DNA from: Callorhinchus milii | Taxonomy: Eukaryota | NCBI RefSeq assembly: GCF_018977255.1 | Contig: NW_024704743.1 | Span: 73,720,001-73,784,000, forward strand | Direction: 5' to 3' | Length of the DNA: 64,000 bases | In this document: piece after piece, positions 52,401 to 64,000 of the stretch | How positions within the stretch are numbered: position 1 is the first letter of the stretch | How the letters are laid out: each line of letters opens with the position of its first letter | Position numbers and translations under genes: made by a program | Notes under the pieces: model-generated | What the model was told of the DNA's origin: nothing | Databases searched by the model: none | The model's input: the letters and a program-made list of their open reading frames with translations, nothing else

Positions 52401-52689
52401 TTTCTTTTGCTTCCCTCTCTACTCCACCCCCCTCTGAGATATTTTACCCATTGTTAACCTTAGGATATTGAATGGGTTGGGTAGAGTCCTCAATGGGGCA
52501 CTGGCATATTGCCTGGGAAAGTGACAAGCTTTTTTACTTGTTAATTTCCTCCCCTTTCTCTTCTAAAAGCCTTTGACTTTTTTTTCCTTCTAATGCTGCG
52601 TGTCACATCAACAATAACAACTTGTATTTATATAGCACTCTTCGGGTGGGGAGTGACTCAGAACGCTTCAGTGTGAGATTTTACTAAGC

Positions 52690-52950
52690 ATCCATTCACT
52701 TATGGGTTTTGACTATCTGTTCACTGTTCAGTCAGGGTGGTCCTGCCTCACCTGAAGTTCTCACATTCCTACTATTCAGTAGGAACCATTAGATAGTGAT
52801 CAATAACAGGAACTCTGGCTGCTTTAAGTCTTCTTGGTGCCAATAATAGCACCACAAAATGCTGCACTGGTTGAGATCAGCTAACTTAGAAACAAATCAT
52901 GTAGAAATCAAGAACTTACTGAGCTATATGGGAATTAAGTAGCACACTTT
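52690..52950 (-). mobile_element. LF-SINE-like relic
   Basis: Reverse-complement reads agttagctgatctcaacc...cagccagagttcctgttattgatcactatc, resembling the LF-SINE body as recalled. Confidence 0.65.
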
Positions 52951-53076
52951 AATTGGTGGAATAATCTTTTTGTCTTCATTTTTAGTAAGGAATAGGACAA
53001 AGTTTATGAAGCTTTATTAATTTTTGAAATGTTTAACAATATTCTAGTAGAGCTATTTCAAAGAGTGGGTCAGTCT

Positions 53077-53475
53077 GGCTGAGTTGGTATCACTCTCGCT
53101 TCAGAGTCAGAAGATTGGGAGTTCAAGGCCGACTTCAGGACTTGGAACTGACATTTCATGCACGGCTGGGTGTGTGCTTTGGAGGACATGTAAAACCGAG
53201 TACCATCTGCCTACTTAGGTGGGCATTATAGATCCTGTGGCATTATTTGAAAAGAGAAGGGGGTTTCTCCTGTGTGCTAGCCAACAATCCCCCCCCAAAA
53301 AAAAATTGGTAATTTACTTAATTGGCTGTTTCTGGAACATTGCTATGTGCAAATTGGCTGCTTGGTTCGCCCACAAAGCACAAAGTCATTGCAATTCACA
53401 GTTTATCTTGTGAAGCACTTTGGGAAGTCAGTCCGACATGAAAGGGGCTTTATGGAATCTAAGTGTTATTATTAT
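53077..53475 (+). mobile_element. Deu-domain SINE (SacSINE1/AmnSINE1-related)
   Basis: Head ggctgagttggtatcactctcgcttcagagtcagaag; Deu core taaaaccgag...tatagatcctgtggcattatttgaaaagagaagggg; L2-type tail. Confidence 0.8.
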
Positions 53476-56400
53476 GATTCAAGAATATGCCTGTTATTCT
53501 GAGGAGATTTATCAGTGTTTTGGACAGGAATAGCCCCTTGAGCCTATTCTGTCATTTTGTTAGATCATGGAATAGCATTTAATCCCATTTTTATATTTCC
53601 TTTTAATACCTTTACTTTCCAAGTATCTTATCTCCATTTTAAACATCCCAATCGATTCCTTATCCTGTTGTTTTGGATCCCTCTATCTAGCTAGGAAATA
53701 CAACTCAACAGTTTAAATGCCTCAATCACTATAGTGTGTGGGCTGAAATGAACCATCAGCCCGGGAGCAGCTGGAAGTCTCAGGATTAGAAGTGGTAGAC
53801 AGAAGAATTTAATGTCCTTGGTCTGAATAAAATTAAAACGAGATCCCAGAAATTAAAGATCAGTGCACTTAACCTCCTATTGCCCTTGTCACCCAGAGAG
53901 AGGGCGAGACATGGTTTTAAGCGCCCCGGGAAGCTAATCCGTGTGAAGGGTGCTATATAAATGCAAGTTGTCGTTATATAGACAGTACTCCTCCATACTC
54001 CTAACCAGTGCTGATCATTTTAATTCTGATAATTATAACTAGTGAGTAATAATCCTTACATTTGAAGTGTATGACAGCATCTCTTTTATTTTGTAATCAT
54101 TCCGTATGCAATCTGTGTTAGCTTTAGTTTAGTGGTATTACTCCTCAAAAGTTGTGTGCCTGATTTACTAAAACGGTAATTTAGATTCCAATTTTTTTTG
54201 TGCGTATATAATTATGAACTAAATGACGTTTAGCTTTGTACATTGATTTAAATACGGACATGTATAGTTTTTTATGAGTTAATAAGTAGTGTTTCCATAG
54301 TGTAATTAGACATCTTATTTCCCCTCTTTCCCTCTCCTTATAGTCAGTCAGTCAGTCATGACTAACTGAAGACTATCCTCCTTAAGGGGAAAAGGTACTT
54401 AATTAACTGTTCGGCACTGAGCTAATCTAAGATGTTTGTTGTTGCAGAAGCAGACTGCCCCACATTTTATATCACTCGCACATTACAAAGTAATGTTGCT
54501 TCTAAACTGTTGGAAAATTGCATTTCATTGCTGAAAAGGTTAACTGATTATGAATGAAATATCTACAGATCTGATTTAATCACAGATCTGATTCAGTCGT
54601 TCATCGGTGGGGGGGCGCTGCGGGTGGAGAGAAAATAGTCATTTTTAATGGAGAATTCCTAACTAAATCTGCCAATTTAGTCAAGTACAAAGACTGTTAA
54701 GCTGTTGATGCCTGAACTCGAGGGACACTAGGGAGGAAAGGATTACAGCTTTATTAGAAAATTTGAAAGAAATGGTTTTATTACCAAGGCCATTTATATA
54801 AACAAAGGATGGATTAACAAATCATCTGTCTAAACCTGTAATTTGCCCTGAAAAGTCACTGAAATGTGTAGTGTGTTATTTTAAGACATGTGAGAATTTG
54901 TGTGCATTTTAAGGAGTAGGATTTGAAATATGTGTAGTGGAGGCAAACAGTCTCTGCTCCCTCTGTCAGTAATTGACTTGTTTACTGTCCTAATTTTCTC
55001 TTGGCAACTTCATTCCAGTCTTTACCATTTATGTCGCAGTGCATTCATGAAGATTCTTTGCAGCCAAAAGCTACATTCAAACTACATTTCCTTTTGTGAC
55101 GTTGGATAATTTATATTTGGCATATAATAAATCTTAGAACCATTTTCAAATTTTGTGTAAATGAAGTGTTATGCACCTTTTTTCCTAATTTTCTCCTTCT
55201 CCCCAAATACACAAGGCATCCTTATTCCTGGATGAATATGCACTTGACAGAGTCAAAAGGAATGGGATACTAGCACAAATGATGGTTGTGTGTTTTTTTA
55301 AAACAGTCTCCCTTACCCCACTATTCTTCTGATTTTGCACATGCATGTTTTCAATGCTGTTATATTAACCAGTTATGTGGATCCTCCTAAGGGAATAAAT
55401 CTTTTTCTCGATGTTTTCATACAGGGAAATCTCTCCTAGATTAAGGAAGAAGCAAAAATCCTTGTGGGAACATTGCTTAAATACAGTCTTTTCCTGGACT
55501 ATCTTTGCTGTGTATTGTTACAACTATATTGAAAATTGGTTCGTTAATATCTTCAATGGAATATGCGCTATCGAATAAAACTTTGAAAAAACCTTATTAG
55601 TAAAGTTTATTTTAAGAGCAATTTTGAGATACAGCAGAAAAAAGTGAATTGATTAAATAAAGGTTGCAGATTTTCTCGAAAGTGCTAGCTTCTGTGTAGG
55701 TGGACTACCCTATTTCATATGAACTTTCTCATGAGTTGCTAAGTATTTTGTCATCTGTTTCCCAGTACAGTGGAACTAACCTGGGCCAGGTGCATAATCT
55801 TTCAGTAAAGAAACGAAAAGTAGCTTCAATGTGTTTGACTGCTCAAGGTTATCAGTGTTGAAGTCTGTAAAATAACTCTTCAAGACTTGGCCACTTAACT
55901 CTTAAGTAATAGCATTGAAAGGTCAAGAGGTCATCAGCCTTTCTCTGTCTTCAGAGAGGAGTGAAGTGAAATAAGGTCCACTGCAATGATGATTGCTGCT
56001 TCATGCTCTCCAAGGAAGATTCAGAAAGGCCAATAATCCTGAACTCCATTGCTGTTTTGTTGCCTACAGACAATTCTATAGCAATCTTTGTTGGTGAGCA
56101 ATAACTTGCAGTATAAAATTGCCACACAGAACTGACTTGATTCCAACATTCTGTTGCCAAGCAAGCTGTATTGGAGCCAACTCAGCTCGAAGAAGACCCT
56201 ATATTCCCCCTTGTCAGAGGAGTATAACTGCATATGTGCCAACAAATATTTTGTGGGTAGTTGGAAAGGCTGCAAGTGGAACTATCGAGAAATTTGATGG
56301 CTGCTCTTAAGAGCAAAGTTTCTGTACACAGGTCACTGTTTCCAATTTGAAGTCTGCTCTTGAGATGGATTTGCATTATTTTGCTGACTGTTCGGAATGA

Positions 56401-57951
56401 GCTTTGCCATTTAATGGGTTTTGCCACTGACTAAATTACCCTAATCCAGTTGATTTGAAGTGTTAAAATACTGCCACAATTAAGAGCGATTACATCATAA
56501 ATTGAGATTGAAGCTCAAATGCTTAAATATAGCCACCATGAAACTTGTGTTGTTGTGCCTACCTCGGTCTTCTGCACGTCCCTCGTCCCTGCTGCTCCAC
56601 CATTGGTGGCCGTGCTTTCAGCCACTATGCCTCAAATCTATCTCCCTGCCTCAATCCCGCTATCCTTTCGCATCTTCAAATCACATTTGAAGACTTTCCA
56701 ATTCGACCGTGCTTTTGGTCATCTCCCCTCTTTTTCCAGCTCAGCATCAATACACACCATTATTTAGCGCTCAGACATTAGTCAGAAGAGTGCTATAGAT
56801 TTACAAGTTGATGTTTGTTTTGCCTACAAAATAGTCACTAAAACAAATCACCTTGAACAAAAGTAAAACCCAGTGAAAAGTTTTGAGACATTCTTCTGAC
56901 GTGAAAGATGCTATATATACTAAATGAAAGGATTGTTATTTCACTGTGTTCAAACTTATTTTACGTTTGAAAATATTATTGTAAATCATGTGCTTAAGTG
57001 TCCTTGTACTTATTAGCATCAAGACATTTCATAACCTTCATGATGTAGGAATGTTTTGGTGTGAAGTGTAACGCACTCTTGTGATGCATACATTTTATCA
57101 ATATTCTATAACTGGAACTCTTTATCAAAAGGGTTTGAATAATTTGTTTGCCTTGTATATTGTAGTTTAAGCATAATTATATAGTGGCTTTGTTCCACTT
57201 TGTGTCAAGTATTGCCAGAGCAGCCACTCCACTTGTAAACAGTTTCAATACATACCAAATGTGTCTGTCTGGCAGAGAGAAAGAAAGTGTATACTTTTGT
57301 TTAAGCAAGTTTGGAGCTGTCCCACTTGTAAAATATTTCTAATGCCAAATCCAGATTATCTCAAGGGAATGAAGACCAGAAACCGTACCCAGGATACTTG
57401 AACCAGATTCCAGAAGTCAAGCTTGTATTCCAGTGATTTATCGCAATTGCCAATCCTTCAACCAAGCAAAGGTGTAGCTAATTTAGATGCTTTTCAGTGC
57501 TGTATTGGAATTCCTCATCTTCAGTGGCATAAACAAAAATAATGGGATTATATGATAACCCATAATGAGCATGAGTTTACACAACACAAACTTTCCAACT
57601 GGATTTGGAGACTGGTGTTGCAATTTTGACGTCGCTAGACATTTTAGTGTTTGGGTGACCTGCTGTTGCAATGATTTTTAACAAATATTTTATCTATCTC
57701 ACACTTTCTTTGTAATACTGGATTGTGATTTTTAAAATGAAACCTGCTTTATAAAAGTTTTCAAAGCATTACAGGGATTTCGTCCCTTGTATTCCCGGTT
57801 TATCCAAAATTTATGTTGTGATTCTGTAGCAGTTTAAAAATATGACTGAAATGTACCCCATAAAGTTTATTAGTTGCTCTAAATTCCCAACAAACTTTGC
57901 ACTGTAAGTCATCATTTTATAACATCAACCTGTAGCCTGGAAAGCATGAGA

Positions 57952-58135
57952 GAATAATAATCGTTGCATTTGATATAGTGCCTTAGCTCGTTGTCAAGAC
58001 ATCTCAAAGAGCTTCACATAATATACTGTAAAGTGTAGTGACTGTTTTGTGGGCGAAACGCTACAGCCAATTGCACACAGCAGTGTCCCACAAATGGTCG
58101 TGGATTGATTGACAACATTTTTATTGTTATTATTT
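57952..58135 (-). mobile_element. 5'-truncated SINE (3' half)
   Basis: Same body and tail as the 33161 copy. Confidence 0.8.
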
Positions 58136-58850
58136 ATTTTTGAAGAAACCAAGTGCAAGAATTTGGAGACTTTTTTCAATAAAAGGCATTAAGGATCACA
58201 AAAATAGAAAATACACTGCTTCCACAAATTGATTGAGTATCTGCCCCAGCCACTTTGGAGAGGAATATTTTGAGTATTGTGTTTTGTGATGTATGGTCTA
58301 GATCTCATTGCCTTGGGTTGGTGGAGATCTTCTCACTATGTATGGATCCCACCTACAGTTAGTGTATGATATCTCAGAATGATCTAGAGATATGCCTCAA
58401 CTGGAGCTTTGGACAGTGTTTCAGCTGATAAGTAAAGCATAATGTTTTACTCTTGGTATATTGTGATTTGCAGAAATACATGACAATTCCCATATATTTG
58501 GGCCCTAAAGGTTACTTCTAAGCAGAAAGGAAATATTTTTATTTTCAGCTGAATATATTCTACACATTGGTTCTATAGACTTGGATTATTTTTCTTTTTT
58601 TAGTGAAATATTATGTAATAGTTTATGAGAATCTGCCTCTTCTTTTGCCTTGTTTGATTCGGGATTTTTTTTTAAAAATCCCCATGCACTTATTAGAAAT
58701 TTACTGTAATATAGTGTTTGAAGATTTAGCCACAAGAGATTAGCACTAAGTGGTGTGTAAATCTTGTTTTGGTCAACCTTTTAATTTCCCTTTGAAAACA
58801 AACCCAAAAAACTGTATATATTTTGATACTTAAAAGTATCTTTTTTTTAG

Positions 58851-58923
58851 GAAATGTCCTTAGTTGCCCCAGAATCTCCTTGGGAACAAGCTAGAAGAGT
58901 CTTTCAGACATACGATCCTGAAG
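58851..58923 (+). CDS. MINDY3: MINDY3 exon 11: EMSLVAPESPWEQARRVFQTYDPE(D); gene continues beyond the window end
   Basis: ttttttag / G|gtaaga; 73 nt; EQARRVFQTYDPE leads into the EF-hand insertion; follows an 18.9-kb intron. Confidence 0.96.
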
Positions 58924-61900
58924 GTAAGATGACTTGCACTTACTTTCCTATAACCATATACTTTAGATATGTACAAATGGTTCAATTTTGGATCTAAGTG
59001 TTGTGAGCAGAATGAATGGAAAGTATTTCAGACAGGGTTCCAGCTTTGTTTTTTTGGTTTGTAATGTCTCTTAAATACAGTCAGTGTTCCATGAAAAGGA
59101 TTCTGAAGCCATCCTTCATTTCTGCTAAGCTAATACAGAGCTCATCCTTTCTTCCTTTCATTCTATGTTTGAATCAGAACTCAAAATATGTTGATGCTAT
59201 TGGATATTGTCACTTTATGTCAATGAGAAAATTCAGGGGAAATCTATTGGTATGATATTGGCTTCAATTAAAAACATAAATAATCCCTCTGCTTTGTCAG
59301 CAAAACTGTTCAACTAGCAAAATTGGGTATACATCACAGTGAATGGAAAATCCATCAAACAATTCGCCTTCAGACCCACTGATTAAAGATTGTATTAGAC
59401 ATGATTTCCTTATTGTTAATGCCTTTTTTCATCACTGCTTTCACTGTCAAAACTACTATTTTCACTAGATAAACAGGTAGAATAAAACTAGCTTTCAGAC
59501 ATAGTTTTTTTAAATTGACTCATTTGCTTTTCTTCAGGCTTCAACAATTGTAATCCATTGTGTACCTGGAAATGTAGCAGAAGCAGGAAAATTAACCTTA
59601 TGCATTTTCCAGTTCCTTTGTTGCAGTGGGGATTTTCATTCATCATAGTTTCCCTTTTACAACAGATCTTTGTCTTGAAAACCTGATTCACCACAACATC
59701 TATTGGTTACACTGTTTGGATAGCAACACCAAAAATAGCAATAAAAAACAATATGCCTCATTGGTGTAATTTCCACAAATAGATATGGGGTTTACATACA
59801 AATGGTTTTCCATTACCCGTATTCTGAGGAGAATAATTTCTGTTGTAAAAAAGATTTTTGTATCAAAGTAATTGAATTACATTAAAATTCCATCTCTATT
59901 TAAATCCACATTTGTTCACTACCATTTACTTTCAGTGTCTTAAATCAGTGTCCAACACCTTTGAAACCAATACTGTGTTAACACAGTGCCTTAAAGGCAA
60001 ATGATAACACAGATTATCCTGAAAAAAACAAAATGGACCTCCAAAGATGTGATCAAAAACAAGATGTCATATTTTCGACTTTGTTTCTGTGTGGAAAAAT
60101 AGCTTTAGACACTTCAACTCAGTTAAAAAAGGAGGTTTATTTTTTCCATTTTCAGACAGATTAGGTTGTAGATGTGGAATAGTTTGCTTTGACCTGAAGA
60201 ATCATTAATAAATGTTGACTCCTTTTTTTTAGACATATAGCTCCATACATTTATGATTTATAACTTAAAACACTATTGTAAATCTATTTGGGTAGCATCT
60301 GTGAACCTTATTACCAATGATCAGTGAAATAGAGATTCGATTTTGGCACAGCACAAGTTCCAGAACTCTGGGAAATGTAGCATTGCTGTTTCATTTTTTT
60401 CCCTGTGTAAATGTGATAGTGAAAGCACAGCAGTAACTTCCTACCCACTCCAGATAAAATATAAATACCTCACGTAAACATTGCTTCAAGACATCCAAAA
60501 TACAAGTAAACTATTATTAGATTTTACAATCTCAAACCACAATGAAAAATGTGTACATTTTATCGCTGTGCATTACAGAATGATATGGACAGTAGAAGTA
60601 TACAAATTGCTGCTGACTTTTGTGACAACTAAAAGGAAATGGACTTCACATGTTGGGCACGCATTCAGATAGTTTAAACTGGTGCGTATCTGGTGATATC
60701 TCTTCAGGAATGTATAATGAATATATAATCTACACAGATCACTACATAAACAAATAACAAAAAAGGTTTTAATCACAGGATCACATTTCAGTCCCCAAAG
60801 TAAACATAAAATGATTTCTGGTTCAGATTCCCAGTAGGTTGTTTTTTTTCTCAAAAAGTAACTATTTCTAGATTGTTACAATCGTCACTCACTCCATGTT
60901 AGACTCAAAAAAACAAACTTTAGTGAATAAGTGAGCTGACTAGGGAAAACTGCCTGAGAGCAGTAACTCTGGTTGTACATTAGGAGTTTCTTTATTCAGA
61001 AAGATAGCATTTATACTGTAAATCTCTAGCTCCACAGTAAAACCTCAGCTCTGCTCACATTACAAATATAACATGAATGAGATTTGGGTTTAATAATAAT
61101 TTTCAGCTTTTATTAAAATAAAAATTGTACTTTGTGCTTGCTGCAAATTCAAATTTGTTTTGAAGGGTGAGCAGTGAAAAGGTATTTTTTGGTGTCATAA
61201 AATACCATCTAAAGCAAGCAGATTTAAGCGATACTGACATTAACAAACTCGTCTCTCAAACGTGCATCGAGTAGGTAATTGGTATACTGTGAAGGCACAA
61301 TGACTAACTAGTTATAAAGGGATCAAAAATGAATTTAGTATTTTGCTGTAAACTGTTTATCGTGTGTTCATCAAACATCTGGTATGTGAACATATTACTC
61401 ATAACCTTAATTTGTTTAATTTGGACACCGGAAACATTTATAAAAGAAGTTGTTATCCATAATCACATTGTGTATTTAATTAAGAATCCTGCGCGGTTCT
61501 CTTGCCATAATTTTAGGATTGTTTAACTTTGCTCACTTTCAGTATATGAGACTCCTTTGCGGCTTCAAGAATAGACTGCTTATCATTCATCTAACTTATG
61601 TGTATGTGTTCTTAAATAAAGCAATCTTCCTTAATTCCTGATAATCTTAGGACACATCTCTAATATGAATTTTGTGGGGTTTTGGGGGTTTGCTCGAGAA
61701 TAGATTCTGTAGTACTCAGGGTTTTGAATAAAAATTAGACATATGAAATTCTTCAGCCAGTTTTGACAGGAGTCAAAGGTACAGAATATTAGTCTGCAGC
61801 CTGCAGTCATAAATTTGTACTTTGTTTTATTTAAGGAAAAATAAATTTAAAAAATTGATTTTTAGAACAGCTTATCAAGTGAAAATGCCTGAAAGCGCTT

Positions 61901-61999
61901 CACAAATAATTCTTGTTAAGTGTAATGATTGTTTTGGCAGGCAAACCCTTTTGCAGAGCAAGATCACACACACAAAAGGCTGTGAGGCAAATGACTGAT

Positions 62000-62155
62000 T
62001 CATAGATTTCATAGAATGTTACGGCACAGAAGGAGGCCATTCGGCCCATTGAGTCTGTGCCGGCTTTTTGACAGAGCAAGTCACTTTCACTAACCCCAAT
62101 CACCAGCTTTCTTCCCATAACCCTGCAAACCCGTCTTCCCCAGATACCTATCCAC
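62000..62155 (-). mobile_element. CR1 3' end
   Basis: catagatttcatagaatgttacggcacagaaggaggccattcggccc matches the CR1 tail at 28446. Confidence 0.8.
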
Positions 62156-63179
62156 CTTTGGACTCATAGGCAAGAGAGCTACCAACTGAGAAACTCCGTT
62201 TTTTAATACCAACTGTGTTTCTCAAATACACCAGAGCTGATCTATCAGCAAACATTAAATAAGATTAGAGCTGTTTACATCATATCAAGTCAAATATTGG
62301 GTTTCTTTTAACACTTTTCATAACGTCCACTGTGAGGATTGATACAAAGATAATATGAACCGTTCTGGTTATTTTGCAATTGTGTTAGTTAAATCTTTTC
62401 CTCCACCTATAAAAATGAAATAGAAAATCAGGGCTCAACAATTGAGAACTTAACAGTGTGTACAAATAGCTACAGTAATAACCAACCAATTACAGTTTGA
62501 TGAACAGAGTGGAATGGAGATTACTAATCGTTCAATTTGCTTTGCCAAAACCAACAAACTCTTGTGTTGGCCATCCTCCAGCTTTGCAGCAGTGTTGTGG
62601 ATTAATGTTCTACAGTGCAGAAGTTCAGCAGACCTTTTCCTGAGCTGTACGCCAGTATTTTCTTGAGAATTAACATGCAGTCAGTGTAATCTTTATTTCG
62701 TATGGGCAGAAGGCTTTAAAACAGAAATTCACCAACCATTAGTGTCGTATGTTCCTTGAGGATTATTTTTGAGCAAAAGTAATTAAATGTATAGTTTTGT
62801 TTTGTTTTTTGGGGCATAGTTCAGGAAATGTTATGCTTGATTTTAATATGTAGATTTAACCCTTCAATTGCTGCCAAGTCAGTGGAAACCTCTTGTTTTC
62901 TCAGCTACCCATTCTGCACATTTTCAGCTCATGCATTGAAAACCAAATTACTATAAACTAATCAAACATTAAGCTTAGTATTACTGAAATATTAAACCTG
63001 AACAAATAAAACAAAGAAAAAAAACCTGAAACAAAAAAAACTAGCTGCCTTGTCATCCTATTCACTTTGTTGTTTTTTATTTTGTCTTTACTTGTAATAT
63101 ATTCTTTTTCACTATTTCTAACTTTAAAAGGTTACTTTTTTGTAATAACACAGGTACTGTTTGCTGTCCAAATAGACTA

Positions 63180-64000
63180 GAGCAACAATTTGCACTTATA
63201 CATCACTTGTCATGTAGGGAGAATGTCTCAGAACATTTTACAGAGACTGAGCATGAGCTAAAGCTTGGAGAGACTGAGGGGTAAGGAAGAGGTGGCCAAA
63301 AGAAAAATCAAAGAATGGGGTTTCTAAGATTTGTTTTGAAAGCCAAGAAGGAGGGATGAGGTGAGTAACATGAAAAGGGAGGGTGGTTTGAAGCTTGCCT
63401 GGCAGTAATGGGATGGAGGACGCAGGGGGCATGAAACAGGTCAGAATTAGCAGAGTGGAGATAGCAGCTGGAGGAGTAGAGTTGCAGGAGATCACTGAGG
63501 TAGAATGAACAATTAAAGGCAAGGAGAATTATCTTAAAGTTGGTCGCTCGGCATTAGAGAGCCAGTAGAACTAGGCGATGATGGGCTTATGGGACATTTG
63601 CAGGTAATGTTGTTGTGTTGTTGACTGGAGTTCTGGAAAGTGGAGATGGGAGGCCAGGATACAGAATAGGAAAAGTTGAGTCTGGAGGTGACAAAAGTGT
63701 GGATGGGAGTTTCGGATGTATGGAGGTTGGGGTGGTTACAGACATGGAGGAAAGAATACTTGGTCAGAGCTCAAATTGAAAGGTTTAAAGAGGAGTTGAG
63801 GTTTTTTTAAAAAATGCTACGGTTCCACACAGGCTTGAGTTACGGGAGGTCGATACAGTCAGAACCTGAAGTGGGAATGCACTGGTGGAAGAGGAGCGAG
63901 GTAGCCTCAGATTTGTGGAGGTTGAGATGGAGAAAGCTAAGGCTTGGAAAAGATGTCTGATTGGCAGCCTATCAGAACAGCAGTGGTCCTGAAGTTGAGT
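63180..64000 (-). mobile_element. Degenerate L2 3' fragment
   Basis: L2-type tail at ~63180 and decayed similarity to the other L2 copies. Confidence 0.75.

Noticed and set aside
58924..64000. MINDY3 exon 12 (DNGFIPD...)
   Set aside because: Not found; presumably beyond the window.
1..64000. CRISPR arrays, operons or other prokaryotic systems
   Set aside because: Eukaryotic intron-exon DNA; no regularly spaced repeat-spacer array seen.

Overview
AT-rich, repeat-dense vertebrate genomic DNA, most likely from a cartilaginous fish (inferred from Deu-domain/SacSINE1-like SINEs, LF-SINE-like relics, CR1 and L2 LINEs and a Penelope-type palindrome). Two spliced genes lie head-to-head, with ATGs about 1.75 kb apart. 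(1) Minus strand: the first five coding exons of a TPR protein resembling the 'assembly chaperone of Rpl4' (Acl4) family (ATG at 8372; the gene runs off the window start). (2) Plus strand: MINDY3/FAM188A deubiquitinase coding exons 1-11 (ATG at 10118; the gene runs off the window end), with all phases consistent and the catalytic Cys and His motifs intact. The most notable signal is intron 3 of the Acl4-like gene (3304-4153), a minor-spliceosome (U12) intron with an ATATCCTT donor and a CCTTGAC branch site. The only frame-preserving acceptor that fits the branch site ends in AA (an AT-AA intron), and both nearby AGs give a stop or a frameshift. Also present: a 92-bp-arm palindrome with decayed hammerhead-like cores and a 15-bp TSD, an unclassified inverted-repeat element found five times, a 58-bp direct repeat flanking a 360-bp insert, and a ~0.95-kb G-rich minisatellite. 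Most entries in the ORF track are spurious or transposon-derived. All similarities were judged by eye or from recalled sequences; no database searches were run.
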